Assembly: GCF_009834535.1 (NCBI RefSeq)
Contig: NC_045697.1
Coordinates: 120,716,001 to 120,780,000, forward strand
Length of the DNA stretch: 64,000 bases
Source of the DNA: Camelus ferus
Taxonomy: Eukaryota
Direction of reading: 5' to 3'
In this document: in pieces, positions 1 through 11,300 of the stretch
How positions within the stretch are numbered: position 1 is the first letter of the stretch
Layout of the letters: each line of letters begins with the position of its first letter
Position numbers and translations under genes: made by a program
The notes under the pieces: model-generated
Seen by the model: the letters and a program-made list of their open reading frames with translations, nothing else
Databases searched by the model: none
Told to the model about the DNA's origin: nothing

Positions 1-1860
1 ACAGAATTTGACGGTGAGGGAACCTATGTAAATTAAATGTCTATTCTGTGGAACTCTCTCCAAGAGTATTTTTCGGTGAAAACTGACTCATTTTCGAAAC
101 TGGCGTTAGGAAAACTTTCAAAACATGAGAAAATATTTGTAAGCGACATTATGCCTTGTATGGTGTATAAAACTACGGTAATCCACATGCTAACAACTCT
201 GTATTGAAAATTTGTGGAATCCGAGATGCATGTAGCCTGTTCAGAACACGGAATTTCACGGTGAGCAAATCTTTGTAAATTACAATTCTCTTGGGAAGAA
301 CTCGCTCCAAGAGCTTTTTGCTGTGAAATCTGCTGCATTTTGGAATCTGGCGATTGGAAACCTCTGTGAAATCAGAGAAAATGCTTCTAAGTATCAATAT
401 GCCTTTTATTATGCTGAAAGTTCGGTAATCCACATGCAAACACATTTGTAGTGAATATATGTCGAATCCGTTATGCATGTAACGTGTTCGAAAGACGTAA
501 TTTCACAGCAATGGAATCTATGTAAATTACATGCCTAGTGAGTAGAAATCGCTCCAACAGTTTTTTCCTTCGAAAAATGCCTAATTTCCAAAACTGCTAT
601 TAGGAAATTGCTGCGAACCCAGAATTAATGATTTCTAGGTGCAAATATGTCTGGTGTGGTAGATGAAAGTTTGTAATGCACATGCTTACACTCAATATAG
701 AATGTTGTAGAATCTGTGATGCATGTAATGTTTTCAGAACACGGAATGTCATGGTAAGTGAAACTATGTAAATTACAAGTGTATTGGATAGAACTCACTC
801 CAAGAGGATTTTTCTGTGAAAACTGTCTTATTTTCGAAACTGGCATTAAGAAATATCTGCAAATACTGAGTACATGCTTCTAGCTGTATATATACATTGT
901 ATGGTAGATGAAAGTACATTAATCCACATGCTAACAACTCAGCACTTAATATTTGTCGAACTGCTGTGCATGTAGCATTTTCGAAACACGGTATGTCACG
1001 GCGAGGAGATCTATGTAAATTACATGTCTACTGTGTAGAACACTCTACAAGAGAATTATCCTGCAATAGTTGCCTGATATTCTAAACTGCAGTTAGGAAA
1101 AAGCTGCAAAATCAGAATAATATTTTCAAGGTGTATATATGCATTATATGGTGGATGAAAGTTCTGTAATTCACAGGCACACAACTGACTAATGAATGTT
1201 TGTCAAATCCGTGATGAATGCAGTGTTTTCCGACCACGGAAAGTCACTTTGTGGGAAACAATTGAAATTGCAATTCTAATGGGTAGAACACACATGCAGA
1301 GATTTTTTCTGGGAAAACTTTATGATTTTCGAGACTGACGTTAGGAAAAATCTGTGAAATCAGGGTAAATATTTCTAGGTGTATTTATGCCTTGTATGGT
1401 GGAAGAAAGTTCTGTAATCCACATGCACACAACTGAGTAATGAATGTTTGTCAAATCCGTGATGCATGTAGCGTGTTCAGAAAATGGAAAGTCACTTTGA
1501 GGGAAACCATTTAAATTATAATTCTACTGGTAGAACTCGCATGAAAGAGTTTTTTCTGTGAAAACTTCATGATTTTTGAAACTGAATTTAGGAAAAACTG
1601 GGAAAGCAGAGTAAATATTTCTAGGTGTAATTATACCTTGTATGGTGGTGGAAAGTTCAGAAATCCACATGCTCACAACTCAGTAATGAATGATTTCTAA
1701 ATCCAATATGCATGTAGCGTGTTATGAACACCGGAATGTCATGATAAGTGAAACATTGTAAATTTCATGTCTATTTGGATAGAACACTGATCGAAGAGAT
1801 TTTTCTGTGAAAACTGCCTGTATTTCGCAAGTGGCATTAGGGACAAATCTGTGAACACAG
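1..1860. repeat. Contig-end segment of the HOR array: partial P, then A-B-C-D-E-F and most of G
   Basis: Diagnostic monomer sequences (B: gttcgaaagacgtaatttcacagc; C: gcttacactcaatatagaatg; D: gaaagtacattaatcc; E: aattcacaggcacac; G: ggtggtggaaagttcagaaatcc) occur in the same order as in downstream HORs. Confidence 0.92.
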
Positions 1861-1960
1861 NNNNNNNNNNNNNNNNNNNNNNNNNNNNNNNNNNNNNNNN
1901 NNNNNNNNNNNNNNNNNNNNNNNNNNNNNNNNNNNNNNNNNNNNNNNNNNNNNNNNNNNN
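1861..1960. other. Assembly gap (100 N placeholder)
   Basis: Run of exactly 100 n. Confidence 0.99.
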
Positions 1961-2311
1961 ATTTCTAGGTTTATATATGCCTTATATGGTGGATGAAAAT
2001 TCTGTTATCTACATGCACACAACTGAGTAACGAATGTTTGTCAAATCCGTGATGAATTTAGCATGTTCGGACCATGGAAAGTCACTTTATGGGGAACTAT
2101 TGTAATTACAATTCTAATGGGTCGAACTCGCTTGCAGAGATTACTTCTGCAAAAACATCATGATTTTCAAAACAGACGGTAGGAAAAAGTAGTGAAATCA
2201 GAGTAAATATTTCTAGGTGTATATATGTCTCATATGATGAATGAAAGTTCTGAAATCCACATGCACACAACTGAGTAATTAACGTTGGTCAAATCCGTGA
2301 TGCATTTAGCA

Positions 2312-5300
2312 TGTTCAGAAAATGGAAAGTCGCTTTGAGGGAAACTACTTAAATTACAATTCCTCTGGATAGAACTCACTTGAAGAGGTTTTTCCTGAGA
2401 AAAATTCATGATTTTAAAACCTGAAGTTAGGAAAAAGTTGTGAAAGCAGAGTAAATATTTCTAGGTGTCAATATGCCTTGTATGGTGGATTAAATTTCAG
2501 AAATCCACATGCTCTCTAATCAGTAATGAATGTTTTATACATCCAATATGCATAGAGCGTGTTTCTGAACAGGGAATGTCATGGTAGGTGAAACATTGTA
2601 AATTTCATGTCTGTCTGTTAGAACACGCTCGAAGAGAATTTTTCTGTGAAAACTGCCTGTTTTTTGCAACTGGCATTCGGACAAATCTTCAAACACAGAG
2701 AAAAATGTCTAGTGTAAATATGCCGTGTTTTTTTGGATGAATGTTCGGTAATCAACACGTTCCAACTCATTAATCAATGTTTGTCGAATCCGTGATCCAT
2801 GTAATGTGTTCGGAACACAGACTATCACGGTAATAGAAACCTTGCAAATTACACATTTATTAGGTAGATCTCGCTCCAAATACATTTATCTGCGAAATCT
2901 GCTTCATTTTCAAATCTGGCATTAGAAAAACACTTCGAAATCTGAGAAATTGATTCTAAGTGTCAATATGAATTGTATGGTGTATGAAAGTACAGTAATC
3001 CACATGCTAAAAATTCGAATATTTGTCGAAAATTTATGCATGCAGCTTTCTCGGAACACAGATTTTGACGGTGAGTGAACCTATGAAAACTAAATGTCTA
3101 TTGTGTAGAACTTTCTCCAAGAGCATTTTTCGGTGAAAACTGCCTCATTGTCGAAACTGGCGTTAGGTAAACTTTCAAAAAATGAGAAATTCTTGTAAGC
3201 GCCATTATGCCTTGTATGGTGCATAAAATTAAGTTAATCCACTTGCCTAAAAACTCTGTAGTTAATATTGTGGAAATCCGAGATTGCATGTAGCGTGTTC
3301 AGAAACAGGAATTTCACGGTGAGCGAATCTTTGTAAATTACAAGTCTCTTGGTAGGAACCTGGCTCCCAATGAGCTTTTATGCGGCGAAATCTGCCGCAT
3401 TTTTCTAAAACTGGCTGTTTGAAACCTCTGTGAAATCAGAGAAATGCTTCTAAGTATCATATGCCTTTTATTATGCTGAAAGTTCAGGTAATCCACATGC
3501 AAACACATTTGTAGTGAATATATGTCGAATCCGTTATGCATGTAGCGTGTTCGAAAGACGTAATTTCACAGCAATGGAATCTATGCAAATTACATGCCTA
3601 GTGGGTAGAAATCGCTCCAACAGTTTTTTCCTTAGAAAAATGCCTAATTTTCAAACTGCTATTAGGAAATTGCTGCGAACTCAGAGTTAATGTTTCTAGG
3701 TGCAAATATGTCTTCTGTGGTAGATGAAAGTTTGTAATGCACATGCTTACACTCAATAAGAATGTTGTAGAATCTGTGATGCATGTAATGTATTCAGAAC
3801 ACGGAATGTCATGGTAAGTGAAACTATGTAAATTACAAGTGTATTGGATAGAACTCACTCCAAGAGGATTTTCTGTGAAAACTGTCTTATTTTCGAAACT
3901 GGCATTAAGGAAATATCTGCAAATACTGAGTACATGCTTCTAGCTGTATATATACATTGTATGGTAGATGAAAGTACATTAATCCACATGCTAACAACGC
4001 AGCACTTAATATTTGTCGAACTGCGGTGCATGTAGCATGTTCGGAGTACGGTATGTACGGCGAGGAGATCTATGTAAATTACATGTCTACTGTGTAGAAC
4101 ACTCTACAAGAGAATTATCCTGCAAAATTCCCTGATATTCTAAACTGCAGATAGGAAAAAGCTGCAAATCAGAATAATATTTTCAAGGTGTATATATGCA
4201 TTATATGGTGGATGAAAGTTCTGTAATCACAGGCACACAACTGACTAATGAATGTTTGTCAAATCCGTGATGAATGCAGTGTGTTCGGACCACGGAAAGT
4301 CACTTTGTGGGAAACAATTGAAATTGCAATTCTAATGGGTAGAACTCACATGCAGAGATTTTTCTGGGAAATCTTTATGATTTTCGAGACTGACGTTAGG
4401 AAAATCCTGTGAAATCATGGGTAAATATTTCTAGGTGTATTTATGCCTTGTATGGTGGATGAAAGTTCTGTAATCCACATTACACACACTGAGTAATGAA
4501 TGTTTGTCAAATCCGTGATTGCATGTAGCGTGTATAAGAAATGGAATGTCACATTGAGGGAAACTATTTAAATTACAATTCTACTGGGTAGAACTCGCAT
4601 GAAGAGGTTTTTTCTGCTGAAAACTTCATGATTTTTGAAACTGAAGTTAGGAAAAAGCTGGGAAAGCAGAGTAAATATTTCTAGGTGTAAATATACCTTG
4701 TATGGTGGTGGAAAGTTCAGAAATCCACATGCTCACAACTCAGTAATGAATGATTTCTAAATCCAATATGCATGTAGCGTGTTATGAACACGGAATGTCA
4801 TGGTAAGTGAAACATTGTAAATTACATGTCTATTGGATAGAACACGATCGAAGAGAATTTTTCTGTGAAAACTGCCTGTATTTCGCAAGTGGCATTACGA
4901 CAAATCTGCGAAAACAGAGAAAAAGTTCTAGGTGTAAATATGCAGTGTTTGGTGGATGAAAGTTTGGTATTACCACATGTTCACATCTCATTAAAAAATG
5001 TTTGTCCAATCCGTGATCCATGTAGCATGTTGGGAACACAGAATATCACGGTGATAGAAACTTTGTAAATTACATCTGTATTCGGTAGAACTCGTTCCAA
5101 AAGCATTATTATGTGAATATCTGCCTCATTTTCAAATCTGATATTAGGAAAACACGTCAAAATCATGAGAAAATGCTTCTAACTGTCAATATGACTTGTA
5201 AGGTGGATGAAAGTTTGGTAATAACACGTTCACAACTCAATAAATAATGTTTGTCGAATCAGTGATGCATGTAGCGTGTTCGGAACATGCAATGTCACGG

Positions 5301-8300
5301 TGAGTGAAAGCATTTAAATTACATGTCCACTTGGTAGAACTTGCTCCAAAAGCATTTTTCTGTGAAATCTGCCTCATTTTCCAAACTGGCATTAGGAAAA
5401 AATTCGAATTTTGAGAAAATGCTTCTAAGTGCCAATATGACTATTATGGTGATGAAAGTTCAGAAATACACATGCTAACAAATCTGTAGTGAATATTTTT
5501 TGAAACCGTGATGCATGCAGTTTTTCAGAACACAGAATTTGACGATGAGCAAATCTATGTAAATTACATGTCTATTGTTTGGGAAAAGTTCCAAGAGTAT
5601 ATTTCTGTGAAAACAGCCTGATTTCAGAAACTGACGTTAGGAAAAATCTGCATATACTTTGTACATGTTTCTAGCTGTATATACACATTTTATGGTAGAT
5701 GAAAGTTCAGTAATCCACATGCTAACAACACAGCAGTGAATATTTGTCGAACCTGCGTTGCAAGTAGCAAGTTTGAAGCACGGAATTTCACGGCGAGGGA
5801 CTCTATGTAAATTATATGTCCAATGTGTAGAACATGCTACAAGAGATTTATCCTGCTATAGTTGCCAGATATTCTAAACTGCCATTAAGAAAAAGCTGTG
5901 AACTCAGAATAATGTTTTCTAGGTTTATATATGCCTTATATGGTGGATGAAAATTCTGTAATCTACATGCACACAACTGAGTAACGAATGTTTGTCAAAT
6001 CCGTGATGAATTTAGCATGTTCGGACCATGGAAAGTCACTTTATGGGGAACTATTGAAATTACAATTCTAATGGGTCGGAACACGCTTGCAGAGATTACT
6101 TCTGCAAAATACATCATGATTTTCAAAACAGACGGTAGGAAAAGTAGTGAAATCAGGAGTAAATATTTCTAGGTGTATATATGTCTCATATGGTGGATGA
6201 AAGTTCTGTAATCCACATGCACACAACTGAGTAATTAACGTTTGTCAAATCCGTGATGCATGTAGCATGTTCAGAAACGGAAAGTCGCTTTGAGGGAAAC
6301 TGCTTAAATTAATATTCCTCTGGATAGAACTCGCTTGAAGAGGTTTTTTCCTGAGAAAACTTCATGATTTAAAACCTGAATTTAGGAAAAAGCTGTGAAA
6401 GCAGAGTAAATATTTCTAGGTGTAAATATGCCTTGTATGGTGGATTAAATTTCGGAAATCCACATGCTCTCTAATCAGTAATGAATGTTTTATAAATCCA
6501 TTATGCATAGAGCGTGTTCTGAACAGGGAATGTCATGGTAGGTGAAACATTGTAAATTTCATGTCTGTCTGATAGAACACGCTCGAAGAGAATTTTTCTG
6601 TGAAAACTGCCTGTTTTTTGCAACTGGCATTCGGACAAATCTGCAAACACAGAGAAAAATTTCTAGGTGTAAATATGCCGTGTTTGTTGGATGAATGTTC
6701 GGTAATCAACACGTTCCCAACTCATTAATCAATGTTTGTCGAATCCGTGATCCATGTAATGTGTTCGGAACACAGACTATCACGGTAATAGAAACCTTGC
6801 AAATTACACATGTATTAGGTAGAACTCGCTCCAAAAGCATTTATCTGCGAAATCTGCCTCATTTTCAAAACCTGGCATTAGAAAACACTTCGAAATCTGA
6901 GAAAATGATTCTAAGTGTCAATATGAATTGTATGGTGGATGAAAGTTCAGTAATCCACATGCTAAAAATTCTGTACTGAATATATTGTCGAAACTGTTAT
7001 GCAAGGAGCTTCTCGGAACACAGAATTTGACGGTGAGCTGAACCTATGTAAATTAAATGTCTATTGTGTAGAACGTCTCTCCAAGAGCATTTTTCGGTGA
7101 AAACTGCCTCATTTTCGAAACTGGCGTTAGGAAAACTTTCAAAAAATGAGAAAATGCTTGTAAGGGCCATTATGCCTTGTATGGTGGATAATACTCGCTA
7201 ATCCACATGTTAACAACTCTGTAGTTAATACTTCTGGAATCCGAGATGCATGTAGCCTGTTCAGAACACGGAATTTCACGGTGAGCAAATCTATGTAAAT
7301 TACAAGTCTCTTGGGTAGATCTCGCTCCAAGAGCTTTTTGCTGTGAAATCTGCCGCATTTTCTAAACTGGCGTTTGGAAACCTCTGTGAAATCAGAGAAA
7401 ATGCTTCTAAGTATCAATATGACTTTTATTATGCTGAAAGTTCTGTAATCCATATGCAAACACATTTGTAGTGAATATATGTCGAATCAGTTATGCATGT
7501 AGCGTGTTCGAAAGACGTAATTTCACAGCAATGGAATCTATGCAAATTACATGCCTAGTGGGTAGAAATCTTTCCAACAGTTTTTTCCTTAGAAAAATGC
7601 CTAATTTTCAAAACTGCTATTAGGAAATTGCTGCGAACTCAGAGTTAATGTTTCTAGGTGCAAATATGTCTTGTGTGGTAGATGAAAGTTTGTAAAGCAC
7701 ATGCTTACACTCAATAAAGAACGTTGTAGTATCTGTGATGCATGTAATGTATTCAGAAAACGGAATGTCATGGTAAGTGAAACTATGTAAATTACAAGTG
7801 TATTGGATAGAACTCACTCCAAAGAAGTTTTCTGTGAAAACTGTCTTATTTTTGAAACTGGCATTAAGGAATATCTGCAAATACTGAGTACATGTTCTAG
7901 CTGTATATATACATTGTATGGTAGATGAAAGTACATTAATCTACATGCTAACAACTTAGCAATTAATATTTGTCGAACTGCGGTGCATGTAGCATGTTCG
8001 GAGTACGGTATGTCACGGCGAGGTGATCTATGTAAATTACATGTCTACTGTGTAGAACACTCTACAAGAGAATTATCCTGCAAAATTCCCTGATATTCTA
8101 AACTGCAGATAGGAAAAAGCTGCAAAATCAGAATAATATTTTCAAGGTGTATATATGCATTATATGGTGGATGAAAGTTCTGTAATTCACAGGCACACAA
8201 CTGACTAATGAATGTTTGTCAAATCCGTGATGAATGCATTGTGTTCGGACCACGGAAAGTCACTTTGTGGGAAACAACTGAAATTGCAATTCTAATGGGT

Positions 8301-11300
8301 AGAACTCACATGCAGAGATTTTTTCTGGGAAATCTTTATGATTTTCGAGACTGACATTAGGAAAAATCTGTAAAATCAGGGTAAATATTTCTAGGTGTAT
8401 TTATGCCTTGTATGGTGGATGAAAGTTCTGTAATCCACATAAATACAACTGAGTAATGAATATTTGTCAAAACCGTGATGCATGTAGCGTGTTCAGAAAA
8501 TGGAAAGTCACTTTGAGGGAAACTGTTTAAATTACAATTCTACTGAGTAGAACTCGCATGAAGAGGTTTTTTCTGTGAAAACTTCATGATTTTTGTAACT
8601 GAAATTAGGAAAAAGCTGGGAAAGCAGAGTAAATATTTCTAGGTGTAAATATACCTTGTATGGTGGTGGAAAGTTCAGAAATCCACATGCTCACAACTCA
8701 GTAATGAATGATATCTTAATCCAATATGCATGTAGCGTGTTATGAACACGGAATGTCATGGTAAGTGAAACATTGTAAATTTCATGTCTATTGGATAGAA
8801 CACTGATCGAAGAGATTTTTCTGTGAAAACTGCCTGTATTTTGCAAGTGGCATTAGGTCAAATCTGCGAACACAGAGAAAAATGTCTAGGTGTAAATATG
8901 CAGTGTTTGGTGGATGAAAGATTGGTACTCCATATGTTCACAGCTCATTAAAAAATGTTTTTCCAATCCGTGATCCATGTAGCGTGTTTGGAACACAGAA
9001 TATCACGGTGATAGAAACTTTGTAAATTACATGTGTATTGGGTAGAACTCGTTCCAAAAGCATTATTCTGTGAAATCTGCATCATTATCAAATCTGACAT
9101 TAGGAAACACTTCAAAATCTGAGAAAATGCTTCTAAGTGTCAATATGACTTGTTTGGTGGATGAAAGTTTGGTAATATACACGTTCACAACTCAATAAAG
9201 AATGTTTGTCTAATCAGTGATGCATGTAGCGTGTTCGGAACATGCAATATCACGGTGAGTGAAAGCATTTAAATTACTTGTCCACTTGGTAGAACTTGCT
9301 CCAAAAGAATTTTTCTGTGAAATCTGCCTCATTTACAAAACTGGCATTAGGAAAATTCGAATTTTTGGAAAATGCCTCTAAGTGCCAATATGACTTGTAT
9401 GGTGATGAAAGTTCAGAAATACACATGCTAACAAATCTGTAGTGAATATTTTTGAAACCGTGATGCATGCAGTTTTTTCAGAACACAGAATTTGTCGATG
9501 AGGAAATCTATGTAAATTACATGTCTATTGGGTGGAACAAGTTCGAAGAGTATATTTCTTTGAAAACAGCCTGATTTCAGAAACTGACGTGAGGAAAAAT
9601 CTGCATATACTTTGTACATGTTTCTAGCTGTATATACACATTATATGGTAGATGAAAGTTCAGTAATCCACATGCTAACAACTCAGGATTGAATATTTGT
9701 CGAACCAGCGTTGCAAGTAGCAAGTTTGAAGCACGGAATTTCACGGCGAGGGACTCTATGTAAATTTTATTTCCAATGTGTAGAACATGCTACAAGAGAT
9801 TTATCCTGCTATAGTTGCCAGATATTCTAAACGGCCATTAAGAAAAAGCTGTGAACTCAGAATAATATTTTCTAGGTTTATATATGCCTTATATGGTGGA
9901 TGAAAATTCTGTAATCTACATGCACACATCTGAGTAATGAATGTTTGTCAAATCAGTGATGAATTTAGCATGTTCGGGCCATGGAAATTCACTTTATGGG
10001 GAACTATTGAAATTACAATTCTAATGGGTCGAACTCGCTTGCAGAGATTACTTCTGCAAAAACATCATGATTTTCAAAACAGACGGTAGGAAAAAGTAGT
10101 GAAATCAGAGTAAATATTTATAGGTGTATATATGACTCATATGGTGGATGAAAGTTCTCTAATCCACATGCACACAACTGAGTAATTAACGTTTGTCAAA
10201 TCCGTGATGCATGTAGCATGTTCAGAAATGGAAAGTCGCTTTGAGGGAAACTGCTTAAATTACTATTCCTCTGGATAGAACTCACTTGCAGAGGTTTTAT
10301 CCTGAGAAAACTTCATGATATTAAAACCTGAAGTTAGGAAAAAGCTGTGAAAGCAGAGTAAATATTTCTAGGTGTAAATATGCCTTGTATGGTGGATTAA
10401 ATTTTGGAAATCCACATGCTCTCTAATCAGTAACGAATGTTTTATAAATCCATTATGCATAGAGCGTGTTCTGAACAGGGAATGTCATGGTAGGTGAAAC
10501 ATTGTAAATTTCATGTCTGTCTGATAGAACACGCTCGAAGAGAATTTTTCTGTGAAAACTGCCTGTTTTTTGCAACTGGCATTCGGACAAATCTGCAAAC
10601 ACAGAGAAAAATTTCTAGGTGTAAATATGCCGTGTTTGTTGGATGAATGTTCGGTAATCAACACGTTCCCAACTCATTAATCAATGTTTGTCGAATCCGT
10701 GATCCATGTAATGTGTTCGGAACACAGACTATCACGGTAATATAAACCTTGCAAATTACACATGTATTAGGTAGAACTCGCTCCAAAAGCATTTATCTGT
10801 GAAATCTGCCACATTTAAAAACTGGCATTAGAAAAACACTTCGAAATCTGAGAAAATGATTCTAAGTGTCAATATGAATTTTATGGTGGATGAAAGTTCA
10901 GTAATCCACATGCTAAAAAATTCTGTAGTGAATATTTGTCGAAACTGATATGCATGCAGCTTTCTCGGAACACAGAATTTGACGGTGAGTGAACCTATGT
11001 AAATTAAATGTCTATTGTGTAGAACTCTCTCCAAGAGCATTTTTCGGGAAAACTGCCTCATTTTCAAAACTGGGGTTAGGAAAACTTTCAAAAAATGAGA
11101 AAATGCTTCTAAGCGCCATTATGCCTTTTATGGTGGATAAAACTACGGTAATCCACATGCTAACAAGTCTGTAGTTAATATTTCTGGAATCCGAGATGCA
11201 TGTAGCCTGTTCAGAACACGGAATTTCACGGTGAGCAAATCTTTGTAAATTACAAGTCTATTGGTTAGAACTCGCTCCAAGAGCTTTTTGCTGCGAAATC

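Noticed and set aside
455..500. tRNA/SINE-like Pol III B box (gtcgaatcc, gttcgaaag)
   Set aside because: The match is only partial, there is no convincing A box at a suitable distance and no cloverleaf. tRNAscan-SE or Rfam would be needed to revisit this.
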